In this document: positions 45,688-56,832 of the stretch, piece by piece
Layout of the letters: the number at the start of each line of letters is the position of its first letter
Numbering within the stretch: position 1 is the stretch's first letter
NCBI RefSeq assembly: GCF_000142905.1
Contig: NW_013657663.1
Span: 124,001 to 188,000 of the forward strand
Length of the DNA stretch: 64,000 nucleotides
Source: Thecamonas trahens ATCC 50062
Lineage: Eukaryota > Protista > Apusomonadida
Direction of reading: 5' to 3'
The notes under the pieces: model-generated
Databases searched by the model: none
Told to the model about the DNA's origin: nothing
Seen by the model: the letters and a program-made list of their open reading frames with translations, nothing else
Program-made: the position numbers and the translations under genes

Positions 45688-46545
45688 ATGGCGACAGGGA
45701 GGAGGCCTGCCGAGTGGAGCGTCGACGAGGTGGCGCGGTGGGCACACATGGCTTTCCCGTCCACCCCCTCGCTGCCCGCCCTCCTTGCCCACCAGCACAT
45801 CGACGGAGTCGCCCTGCTCGCCCTCAACTACTCACGCATCCGCGCCCTGCTGCCGCTCACTATGCGCTCCGCCTTTGCCCTCGCCGTCTCGGACCTAGCT
45901 GCCTCGGACACCACCTCGGCCGATCTGCCCGATGCCTGGCCTGACCCGGACGCAGAGCCATCTCCCACCCCGCCTCCTGCCCCGCCTCCTGCCCCATCGC
46001 CGTCTCCTTCTCCGGCCGCTGCTCCTCAGCTGACCCAGGAATCCTCCTCCCCAGTAGCGATCAAGTCGGATCCCGCTGCACCGCAGAAGCAGCCGCGGAA
46101 GCAGCCGCGGAAGCAGCCGCTGCGCCCGCTGAGGCGCAAGGCGCGAGACGACAAGAGTTGCACGCCGCAGGGGCAGCCGCGCCCCGCTGATGCTCAGAGG
46201 ATGATGGGCGCGATGGAGCTCAAGTCATCGGCGCGCCCAAAGGCCGGCTTTGTTCCGCTCTGGTTCGTCCTCTCGCAGTGTGTGCTTGAGGTCTACGACT
46301 CGCCCAAGAACAAAACGCCGCAGCACTATCTGATGGTGGCCGACGCCAGCATCAAGGCCACCAAGCGCGGCTTCCGCCTCATCTCGCCGTCAGGTGGAAA
46401 GCACCTGTTCCGCACTGACGCTCGCGACGCCTGGATGGCTGCTATCGCCGCCCAGCAGCGACACTTTGCAACAACCAAGGCTGCCGTCACCTCGACCGTC
46501 GTCCTCGGCAAGCAGTCAGCTCCCGACCCATCGTCTGCCTTATGA
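45688..46545 (+). CDS. SAM + PH domain adaptor protein with a Pro-rich linker
   Basis: SAM: EWSVDEVARW...HIDGVALLAL. PH: WFVL...LEVYDS...FRL...HLF...RDAWMAAI. Confidence 0.8.
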   Translation: MATGRRPAEWSVDEVARWAHMAFPSTPSLPALLAHQHIDGVALLALNYSRIRALLPLTMRSAFALAVSDLAASDTTSADLPDAWPDPDAEPSPTPPPAPPPAPSPSPSPAAAPQLTQESSSPVAIKSDPAAPQKQPRKQPRKQPLRPLRRKARDDKSCTPQGQPRPADAQRMMGAMELKSSARPKAGFVPLWFVLSQCVLEVYDSPKNKTPQHYLMVADASIKATKRGFRLISPSGGKHLFRTDARDAWMAAIAAQQRHFATTKAAVTSTVVLGKQSAPDPSSAL

Positions 46546-46846
46546 CCACGCATCAGCCAGGGCCCGCCTTGCTCCTGTCACTCTTGCCCCACTGCACGTC
46601 GTGTTTGAGTCCTTCTACCCCCCCCCCCCCCCCCCTCCGCTCGCTGCAATCGCCTGCCAACCGGACAACTGGCTTTCAGCATCGCACCTGGAAGACTGCA
46701 GTAGACCTGGCAGACTGCAGCGATGCCGCCATGGATGCGACATGATGCCCCTCGGCTCTTGCCAGTCCATGCCACGCCAGTACGCCACCTGACTTTGTTT
46801 TTTTTCTCATCCTCCTCCCCCTCTCCTTCCACCGAACAACCACATC

Positions 46847-46945
46847 ATGTTCCGCCTTGCCACCCGGATGGTGGGGACTACCATGCCTGCGCTGACGAGC
46901 ATGATGAGTGCCAGCATCAATGCAAGTGGTGCTACTACCACCACC

Positions 46946-46986
<41 letters not shown>

Positions 46987-47854
46987 GCCGTTCTCCTCCG
47001 CCGCTGCTGCTGCCGCCCTCCGTCTGGGCGACCAGGTGCCCAACTTTAGCCAGGAGTCAACCCACGGTGTGGTGGACCTGTACGAGTACCTGGGCGACTC
47101 GTGGGGCATCCTCTTCTCACACCCAGCCGGTACGTGCATACGACGGTGGGCCATGACCATGACCATCGTGAGGGAAGGGAGAGGAGGGGGAGGGGGGGGG
47201 GGGGGGGGGGAGGGGCCACACACCCACACATGCCCACACTCAGCCCACACATAACCACATGTGACAGCGCACGCTCACTCACCCCGCTCTGACGCCATCA
47301 TCACCCATCGCCGCGCGCTCGTCACTCGGCCGCCAGACGACACGCCGATCTGCACCACGGAGCTCGGGCGGGTGGCGCAGCTGCTGCCCGAGTTTGAGAA
47401 GCGGAACACAAAGGTGATCGCGCTCTCGGTGGATCCGGTCGAGGCCCATCACAAGTGGGTTAAGGACGTGGAGGAGTTCTCGTCGACCTCGGTGACGTAC
47501 CCGATCCTCGCCGATGCCGACCGCAAGGTCGCCGAGCTGTATGACATGATCCATCCCGCGGCAGACTCGACCCACACCGTCCGCTCGGTCTTTGTCATCG
47601 GGCCCGACAAGTCGCTCCGCCTCACCCTCACCTACCCGGCCGCCACCGGGCGCTCGTTCGACGAGATCCTCCGAGTCCTGGACTCGCTGCAGCTGACCGA
47701 GTACCACAAGGTTGGCACGCCCGTCGACTGGAAGGATGGCGACGATGTGGTTATCGTGCCTTCGGTCTCTAACGACGAGGCCGACTCGCTCTTTCCCAAG
47801 GGCTACAACGCCGTCTACCCCTACCTCCGCATCACCCCGCAGCCGAACAAGTGA
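46847..47854 (+). CDS. 1-Cys peroxiredoxin (Prx6 class) with a probable mitochondrial presequence; exons 46847-47129 and 47337-47854
   Basis: Motifs LRLGD.VPNF, WGILFSHPAD-DTPICTTELG, TVRSVF, YPAATGR and YLRITPQP. The intron is GTACGT...CAG. Confidence 0.93.
46948..47013 (+). repeat. (GCT)n coding poly-Ala repeat
   Basis: About 13 GCT units in the peroxiredoxin N-terminal extension, plus a second short run. Confidence 0.9.
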
Positions 47855-47897
47855 ACCAGCCGCATTTTCGCAACTACCTCGCTATCCCGCCCGTCGC

Positions 47898-48637
47898 TCA
47901 CGCATCGCCGCGCGCCTCGGCGTAGAACTGGGTGAGAAAGGCCTCCATAAAGGCGTGCCGGCCGGCAGCAAGCTCGCGCCCGGCCCCGTCTTCATCATCT
48001 CTTTCAGCCGCAGCAGCTTCTCGTAAAAGTGGGCCAGCGTCGCCGCATCGCGCTGGACATACTCCTCAGTGGTGAGGCCACTGGCTGGAAGCGCGGCGTC
48101 GGCGTCGGCGTCAACCGCAGCCATCGAGTAGAACGGGCGGCCTTTGCGGCCGCCGTAGGAAAAGGTGCGGGCGATGCCGAGCGCCCCGATGGCGTCCAGC
48201 CGATCCGCATCCTGCACCACTCCGTGGGCCACCGACTTGACCTCGACACGCCCGCCGACCTCGTTCTTGAACCCGACAGAGTTGATGATGTCTACCACCG
48301 CCGCAGCCCGCTCGGCCTCCATCCCGGCTCCGGCCAGGAACTCGGCCGCGGCCTCGGCTCCGGCCGTCAGCGAGCCCGAGTACTTGTAGTCGTGAAGATC
48401 GTGGAGCAGCGCCGCCAGCTCGATGACCTCCAGCTCGTCGCCGTCCTCGATGCCCTCCATCTCCGCCAGCCGCAGCGCCACCTCGCGGACCCGAGCGATG
48501 TGCGCGTAGTCGTGCGACGCGTCATGTGCCGCCATGGCCTCCTTCACGTGCGCCTCCGCCGCAGCCACCACTGCCGTCCCCGTCGTTCGCCCGCACCCTG
48601 CGCTCTGCAGCGCAATGAGCTCCTCCACTCCTGACAT
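47898..48637 (-). CDS. HD-superfamily metal-dependent phosphohydrolase (YpgQ/YedJ-like); frameshift at ~47980
   Basis: Motifs SHDYAHIARV, ALLHD, VQDADRLDAIGA.GIAR and HFYEKLL. The repaired end is the family-typical GRELAAGRHAFMEAFLTQFYAE*. Confidence 0.9.
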
Positions 48638-49411
48638 ACTCTTAAGTCGAGTCCTACCGCCCTGGCCGTCTGCCTGCCCACGCGCAGTGCCTCATGACCC
48701 GGCAAGTCTCGACTGACGATTCTACCATGTCACGGCGCAGCCCATGCGCCCGACTGCTCGAGTGGGGTGGAGACACACCATCCGTCGCATCGCAGCGTAA
48801 CTCACGTGTTTGATCGAGCCACCGCATGCTAGTGCTGGCACCCTAGCGCTGGCTGGTCCTCCATCCGCAAGCCAGCACATCGCCAGCAAGAGCTCTTCTC
48901 AGCAAAAGCAGGAGTGCCGGCCATATTCAACACAGATCACACCCACACACAATTGGAGTGATGGCATACTCTCTCTGCTCTCACCCCGGACACTTCTCCA
49001 ACTCTACCGGCATCGCAGCCGTTCGGATGCCGCTGCTACCCCCGCATGACTCTGCCAGCCGTGATCAAAAGTAAACGGACCATGGGACACGTTTTGCTGC
49101 TTTGCCGTCCCAACTCCCTTCCCAAAATGGACCGATCGCAAATCAAATTGTCGCCGGGCCATCCGCCCCTCCTTCCCCCCCCCCTCCGAACCGCCCCTCC
49201 CGTAACGCGAACACCAGGCGAACCCCCACATTCACTTACATACGCTCCACACATAGCGCTCGTAGAAGAAACTACGCCATCAAGGACCACAAGGCATGGG
49301 CGTCGATGAGCGATCACCGCGATGGCCCGCCCGCCGCCGCCAACCACCGCCACTCCGTTCCGATCACCTTCCTCCCTCCCCCCCCGCGCCACCACCACTC
49401 GTCCGTCACCC

Positions 49412-50787
49412 ATGTCGTCCGCCCCGCCCCCGTCATTCGACGGCGCACCGCCACCGTACATCCCGCCCACCTCGGCTGCGCCCAAGCCGGCCCACGCGCC
49501 GCCGTCGACCCCGTCGTCCAGTCGGGCGCCGCCGTCGCAGTCGGCGGTGGACCAGGTCGCCCGCAAGCTCGCCGGCCGGTCGGTCTCGGACCTCCACGCC
49601 CTCATCATGCTGCTGGTCTCGGCCGATGCCCTTGCCTGCGAGTCCGCCATCACCTTCCTCGCCTCACCGTCGACCGGCCCGCCCGCCTCTGTTACCGCTC
49701 CTGCTGCTCCAGACGCGTCGTCGGCCCCGCCGCCGGCTTCGTCGGCCGTTGGTGCCGCCGCTGCCGCCGCCGGCGCCGCCGGCGCCACCGCCGCCACGTA
49801 CAAGATGACCGATGTCAGTCCGTCGGCACCAGCCGCGCCGGCCGCCCCGCCGCCGGAGAAGAAGAAGAAGCGTGGGTTCATGAAGTCGATCACCTCGACC
49901 TTCAACGACATGAAGCAGTCGGCAACGCTGGCCAAGGCCCAGATGGGCGTCGCCATGGGCGTCACCTACGACGCCAAAAAGTTCCGCGCCGCTTTTGAGC
50001 TCGCGCCGGACCAGCCCATGCTCGCCGACGCCCAGTGCGTGCTCCTCAATGGTGCCAGTCCGCTCTCGGGCCAGATGTACATCACGCCCTCGCTCCTCTG
50101 CGTCTACACCATCACCCACTCCAAGGAGGTCAAGGTCAAGATCGACATGCTCACCATCACCCACATCATCGCACGTACTTGCCCCAACTACAAGAACAAG
50201 AAGGAAGAGCCGGTCATCATCGACACCCCGCATGGCTCGCGCGCTAACGTGCTCCAGGTCTACTGCAACGACGGCCTCATCCACACCGTCGTCCTCGACC
50301 CGACAAAGATGGAGCCCATCGCCACTTGGCTCCACCTTATCTGGGACCGCACCCTCAACAACGGCCAGCGGACGCTCCCGGTCCTTGCCGCCCCGACTCC
50401 GGTCCACACCGCCTTTAAGCTCCACCAGTCTGAGCCCGTCCTCGGCGAGTCCAAGTGCAAGCTCATCAACGGTACTGATGCCGTCTCGGTTGTCTTCCAC
50501 CTCTTCCTCAACTACTTTGGCTTTGAGGTTGCGGGCTCTCCCGTCCTCATCCCCTACACCACCGTCTCGTCCATCGTCGCTGCTCGCGCCTCCAAGATGG
50601 CCGGCTCGCCCGTCCCGGTCCTCGCCCCGCGCCGGCCACCGCAGATCCGAACGCCATCCAGGTCTACACCACCGACGGCTGCATGCACCAATTCTTCAAC
50701 TTTTCCGGCGACTTTTTCAAGCTCCACGCCCAGGTCATCTACTGCCACGCCATGGCTAGCGGGGCCGCGCCGGTCCACCTCTCGTAG
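49412..50787 (+). CDS. Tandem GRAM-domain protein (GEM-like) with a PPPY motif; frameshift at ~50626
   Basis: Two repeats of F...F.L...P.L....C.L.NG followed by ANVLQVY or NAIQVY..DG..H. The second repeat is completed in the shifted frame. Confidence 0.75.
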
Positions 50788-50793
50788 CGTAGC

Positions 50794-53700
50794 TCACGCC
50801 CAGCCCCACGCGTGATACATCTCCTCCTCCACACTTCCGCGTGCGTACAGCCGGTACACGTGCGTCACCTTGCTCTGCGGAAACCGGTGCACACGGCCCA
50901 CAGCCTGCCGCTCGAACGCCTGCGCCTCGCCCAGCGGCACCACAGACCCAGACTGCGCCCACCCCGGCACGTACGGGTGGACAATGAACACGTGGTTTGC
51001 CATGTCCAGGTTAATCCCGGACGCATGCGACTCTAGCGAGAGCAGCAGCACACGGCTCGAGTCCTCGCCACCCTCCCGGAACTGCTCCAGCACACGTCCG
51101 CGCTTCGCCATCGTCCCCTCGAGCGTGTGCGCCAAAACGCCGGCCTCGTCCAACGCACACGCAATCTGCTCCAGCAGCGACGCCCACTGGCCAAACACCA
51201 CAATCTTGTCGTCGCCCCCAGACGCGAGAATGCTCTGCACTGCACCCGTCAAAGCGGCAACCTTGGAGCCGCGGAACGGAGCCGGCGCCGCTGCTGCCGC
51301 CTCCTCCGCCGCGGCGTCCTCGGACGATCCCCGCACACACTCAAACGTGCAGAGCGTCCGCCGCGGCGTTGGCGCCCGGCACATCGGGCATTCGGCAGTG
51401 TCTTTGTCGCCGTACACCGCCATCACGCACGTGGCGCAGAACGGGTGGAGGCACGGCAGCATCGTCACCGTCGACCCGTACATCGTCTCAAAGCACACGC
51501 TGCACTCGGTCTCCTCCGACGCGAGGAGCTGGCTCACAGAGTCCATGAACCGCAGCAGCTGCGATTTGCTCGCAATGCCTGCCTCGGCTTGGTCGCGCTC
51601 CGCAACCAGCTCGGCGTCCACGCCCGCAACCTCGCTCCCGGCACCCTCACTCGCAGTGTCCACCACTGCGCCGCGCGGTGTCACGCCCGCTTGCGCCAGC
51701 ATCCGCGCTCGCCGCCGCTCTGCCCGCAGCGTCCAGTCCGTCCGCGGATCGTCCACAAGGCAGACGTAGACCTTCCCGGCCGCCGCTACCGCCTGGCACG
51801 ACTCAAGCTCGCGCCCGTCCCCGTCGGCGATCGAGGTGACTCGCTGCAGAAACGCATCTGCCAAGCATGCCTTGAACTCGCTCAGCACAGCCTTGGCCGC
51901 CTCGCCACTCGCCTCCCACGCCCGCGGAAGGCACACACGCCCGCATCTCTCAGAGCCAACCACATGCGCGACAATCTCAGGTCCGTGCGGAAGCGCTGCA
52001 AGTGCCCGCGCGATGTCAGCTTCGATCTCGGCCTGGCTCTTGAGCGCGAGTGCCGCTTCGGCGGTCGCCACCGCAGCCTCTCGCTCGGCGCGGACCGCAG
52101 CCATGGCCTCAGCTATCTCCCGCTCGAGACTCTCGAGCTTTGCCTCAAGCCGAGCAATCTCGTCGGCAATTGCAGTCCGCGAGCGCGCCACCCACTCGTC
52201 GAGCGAGCCAAAGACAGCGATCTCAGAGCCAGGCGTGCTGACGTTGCCAACCGCCGCGGACCCGCTCACAGCCCCGGTCACAGAGTCGAGCTCCGCAAAG
52301 TACGACGCCAGCCGCACCGTCGCCTGTAGGTTGCCGGCGAGCGCCTGTGCGTGGAGCACACTGGTCTCCTGCCATGAGAGAACTACCGGCATCATGTGGT
52401 ATTCGAGCGGCGGGACCGGGAGGCAGTCGGCGGCGGCGTCGCGGACGGTGCACGTCCTCAGAAACGGCGCACGAATTCGCTCGTGTGACTCGCCTGCTCC
52501 ACCAAGCACCATTGTCATCAGCGCCTGCAGCGGCTGCGGCGTGGCAGTGAGGAGCCACCGGATCTGCACCGTGAGCGACGAAATGAAAATGCCAACCGCG
52601 CTGCTGTCAACCTCGTGCGCTTCGTCGATGACGATGCGGAACCACGACTCGTTCGCCAGCCGCGACCGCATCGCATTCGAGGCTGACACAAGGCCAGAGT
52701 GAGGTGCGATGCAGACGTCAACATCGGCGCGCTTAAAATTCATCGACGTCGGATTGCTCGGGTCGAGCGCGGTGACAATGAGATCCGGCACAAACCGCGC
52801 AAGCTCCGCGATCCACTGCGCCACAATGTGGTCCGGAACGAGGACAAGCGTCGCGCCTGCCGCCCGCCCGCGGCTGCGCCCAATCAGCGCTGCCGTCATC
52901 ACTGTCTTGCCCGAGCCGACAGGGTGCGCCACGAGGCCTCCCGGTGGTATCGCTACAGCCGTCGTTGCAAGCTCCATCGGCTCCTGCTGGAGGCCGTACT
53001 CGTCAACGAAGAGCCCCTGGTAGGTGCGGACAAGGGGGAGCGAGAGGTCAACAACCTCGGCCTCGCGCTGCATCATCCATCTTACCGTCCGCCGCTGATG
53101 AGGATAGAGAACGAGGCCTGCGGGCGTGCGTGGTGTGCCAAAGCTCGACGCCACCATCTCGGCCGGACTTGGCGTCTCCGGTATGGCGACACTGATGGCG
53201 GGACGCTCGCCGCGGCGTTCTGCGAGCGAGGTCTTTGAGCGAGCTTTGGTCTTGACAATCCGAGGTGTAGCGCGTGCGGGCGGTGCGGCCTCGCTCGACG
53301 GCCCCGCGCGGTCTGACTCGGCGGATGCGTCATGGAAGCCAGAGAGATCGTCGTGGCCACGGCTCGCGGCCGCCGGTGACCACGCGGGATGCACGCTCGT
53401 GCCCATCGCCTCGGCCGGCGACACCATTTCGCCCGTCGTCGCCTCATACAGTGCCGCCGTACGCGTTGGGAGCACAACGCGTGCCTTGGTTACCGGCCAC
53501 TCACCGGCAGGCGGAAGCAGGTAGCAATGGGCGAAAAAGTACGGTAGGTGCTTGTCGCTCAGCAGGAGCTCCGGCGTGAGCCGAGCACTGTCGGCGACGA
53601 CGATGCATCGGACCGCCGCCTCGGCTGGAATCGGGATGAGAAAGGCGCGCAGGGCGCCGCGGTCAAAGGCCGAGAACTGAAAGTGCTTGCGGACTGCCAC

Positions 53701-54550
53701 ATCGCACGCATACCGCATGCCCGCGAACCACTCGTTCGCGATCGGGTACGACTGATCCGCGCCATGGAGGAGGACGGCCTCGCGTGATGGCACCACCATG
53801 AACCCGTCGTCGTCGCGGTGCCATGAGGTCTCCAGCAAGAGCCGATCGGCGAGTACGACAGCCGCCGATTGCCCGCCGCCCCCGCCACTGCCTGCACCTC
53901 GACCACCTCGTCGATCTGCAGCAGAGACGCGTACTCGAGCCGGGCATCGAGGACGACAAACTCGCGGACCTGCTGCTCGGTGGAGGCGACTAGCAACCGA
54001 CAGCTGCGCTCAACATCCGCGCGTCGTTGGATGAGGCGGAGGAGCGCGGCGCGCGGGAGCGTGTCTTGCGGCGAGCGCTGCACCACCGACGCTGATGCTG
54101 CGATGTCGTCAACGCCGGCTTCAGCGTCCAGTGGCTCCTCATCAGCAACGCTCTCATCAGCCGCCACCACCTCGGATCGTCTCACCTTTTGCGGCAGCGG
54201 ATCGTCCGGCACGCCGAAGCGGGACGTCTCGCCGAGCAGATGGACGTAGGCGCCCGGCTCGACGACAAACCATCGATCGCGGATGATGTAGCCGTCGACG
54301 GCGACGTAGCCTCCAGTGATCATTCTCTGTGCAATCTTTTCGAGCATGACGCCTTGCGCTCCGCAGCCGGGGCGTATGGCGGCCTGTCCGAGCAGTTGGC
54401 CATCTTGCGGACCACCATGATCAGCTTGCGTCGGTGCGGCGGCGGGAGGGCCGAGAACGGGCAACTGTCATACGCAGGGACGTGGTACCGCCCGTAAGGG
54501 AACCTCTCCATGGGCGGGGACGTGGGAAGCGAGCTGGACGCCGCCGCCAT
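50794..54550 (-). CDS. SNF2-family ATPase with a RING finger (Rad5/HLTF/SHPRH-like), ~1250 aa; frameshifts at ~54353 and ~53881
   Basis: Motifs LYPHQ, GGLVAHPVGSGKT, DEAH, LTATP, RING C-x2-C...CxHxFC..C...CPMCR, GINL and QAVGRVHR. Confidence 0.88.
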
Positions 54551-55071
54551 GTGCCTCACAGAACAAAACGAGTCGAAACTACACAGATGAGGGTCGACAG
54601 CTGCGTGTCGAGTGCAGGCGCGGTGGGGCGGGCGGGGGCAGAGGGGGCAGGGGGGGGGGCGATGGAAGCAACAGGGATGACACATAGTTCTTTTCTGGGA
54701 AATACATCTGGCGCCAGGTAGAAATGCAGCCACCGATTGTTGGGCTAAAACGGAGAAACCCTGTCCTGAATCCCCATGCTACCCCCGCAGCATGAACTAT
54801 TACAGTCCCCACAATCTCACGCGCCAGAGTACCCCCACCCTCTGGAAGGTTACCGATACCTCACACCCTCTGTGAGGGACCAATTGTTTTCACACACACC
54901 CCCTCCCTCCCTTACTCCAAAAAAAATTGTCACACCATCCATCCATCCATCCCCCCCTCGCATATGTGAGTAAGGGCCACGGGAACACGACGACGACGAC
55001 GACGACGGTACCAAAGCAGACTGCAACAAGCACCTCCACACTGCACTCTCATCAACATATCCTCAACAAGT

Positions 55072-56670
55072 ATGCATCTCTTGCGGATAATCGTGCTCTC
55101 TGTGGCGCTCGCGGTGGCGGCGTCGGCGTCGACAGCCCGACTCGGCACCGTCTACTGTGACGCGGGCGGGGCTTGTGCCTTTAAGGCTGGCGCGGCGGAC
55201 GCCAACGGGGCGGCGTATGGCTCGTGGGACGACACCATTGCCTCGCAGGGGTGGGGCTCGCTCAAGGTGTATTCGAACGCATCTTACCCGGATGCGGTGC
55301 AGATGTACGCGGCCGGCATGCTCGAGGGCGCCCTTACGGCCGAGCGCATCGCCGACGAATACGCCAACGTCAAGTACTTCTACTACCAGGACGCGCCGGT
55401 GCCGGCCAACGTCACGGCCTTTCTGGCCGATCAGGCGGCGTGGACCAAGGCCCAGGCTGTGGCGCATGCCGACGAGCCATACTGGGTCTACGCTGGCCTG
55501 CTCATGGCCCAGCTCGACGGGCTCACCGCCGGCGCTTCGGCAGTCAACCCCGCGCTCGACGCCAACGTCATGCTCTTCCTGCAAGCGACCGGCGACCTGC
55601 TCAACCTGGCCAACGCGCTCAAGAGCCCTGCCGATCGGCCTGACTTTGCAGCCATGACCAACGAGGAGGTCGAGTCGTTCTTCTACGCCGCCTCGCACTG
55701 CTCCGGCCTGTTCAAGGTCACGCCCGACCTCACCGATGTGTTCTTCGGCCACTCTGCTTGGTTCGAGTACGCAGTCACAGTCCGCATCGCCAAGTTCTAC
55801 TCGTTCCCGCTCTCGATGACCGGCTACGTTGGTCGCGAGATGACCTTTTCGTCGTATGCCGGCTTCCTCGAGTCGCTCGACGACTTCTACCTCATGTCGT
55901 CGGGCCTGGTCATGGTCCAGACCACCAACGCCATCTTCAACAACGACCTGCTTGATCTCATCAACTCGACCTCGATGCTCTCGTGGCAGTCGGTCCGCAT
56001 CGCCAACGCGCTCGCCACCACCGGCAAGCAGTGGTTCGAGCTCGACGCCTACCTCAACGCCGGCACGTACTCGAACCAGTACATGATCCTCGACACCAAG
56101 CTCTTCACCCCGGGCATGCCGCTCCAGCCGAACACCTTTTGGGTCATGGACCAGATCCCGGGCCTCTCGCTCGGCTCGGACCTCACTGAGCTCCTCGCCA
56201 ACGGCTACTACGGCTCGTACAACGTGCCCTTCCACACCACCATCTGGGAGATGTCAGGCTACGGCGCCATGGTCAAGAAGACCGGCTCGGAGACGTACAC
56301 TTACGAGCTTGCGCCGCGAGCCACCATCTTCCGTCGCAACCAGACCGACGTCACCGACATCGAGTCCATGAAGGCCATCATGCGCTACAACGACTACAAG
56401 CACGACCCGCTCTCCAACGGCAACTCCATGTGGGCCATCTGCTCACGCGGCGATCTCTCGGCCTCGCCCAACCCTGGCGGCTGCTACGACTCCAAGGTCG
56501 CCCACCTCAAGGACCTCGACTCGCTCTCCATGCACTTTATCTCCGGCCCCACTCGCTCCTCCGGCCTCCCGGCCTTCAAGTGGACGCCCGAGTTCTCCGC
56601 CATGGCCAAGCACGTCGGCATCCCTGAGGTCTTTGACTTTGACTTTGCCCATTTCACCCCCAAGGCGTAG
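55072..56670 (+). CDS. Phospholipase B-like lysosomal Ntn hydrolase (PLBD1/2 family)
   Basis: Signal peptide, AGMLEG, autocleavage site HCSGL, SLDDFY, NAGTYSNQ, SYNVP, MRYND and YDSK. Confidence 0.93.
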   Translation: MHLLRIIVLSVALAVAASASTARLGTVYCDAGGACAFKAGAADANGAAYGSWDDTIASQGWGSLKVYSNASYPDAVQMYAAGMLEGALTAERIADEYANVKYFYYQDAPVPANVTAFLADQAAWTKAQAVAHADEPYWVYAGLLMAQLDGLTAGASAVNPALDANVMLFLQATGDLLNLANALKSPADRPDFAAMTNEEVESFFYAASHCSGLFKVTPDLTDVFFGHSAWFEYAVTVRIAKFYSFPLSMTGYVGREMTFSSYAGFLESLDDFYLMSSGLVMVQTTNAIFNNDLLDLINSTSMLSWQSVRIANALATTGKQWFELDAYLNAGTYSNQYMILDTKLFTPGMPLQPNTFWVMDQIPGLSLGSDLTELLANGYYGSYNVPFHTTIWEMSGYGAMVKKTGSETYTYELAPRATIFRRNQTDVTDIESMKAIMRYNDYKHDPLSNGNSMWAICSRGDLSASPNPGGCYDSKVAHLKDLDSLSMHFISGPTRSSGLPAFKWTPEFSAMAKHVGIPEVFDFDFAHFTPKA

Positions 56671-56832
56671 TGCACTACACTCTTGCCTCCCATCGATAAC
56701 ACTCCCGTCACTCTGTCCTCCATCCATGACTTGAACCCGAACCCGAGCCACTGGAGCCGTGCGGCAGGTCCACACGCCAGGTGCCCCCCCCCCCTCCCTC
56801 CCCCCCCGCCAGCCTCCCACCCAACTCCCACC

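Noticed and set aside
25367-54355. Calling the frameshifted genes pseudogenes
   Set aside because: Motifs are intact on both sides of each break and there are no accumulated stops, including in housekeeping genes.
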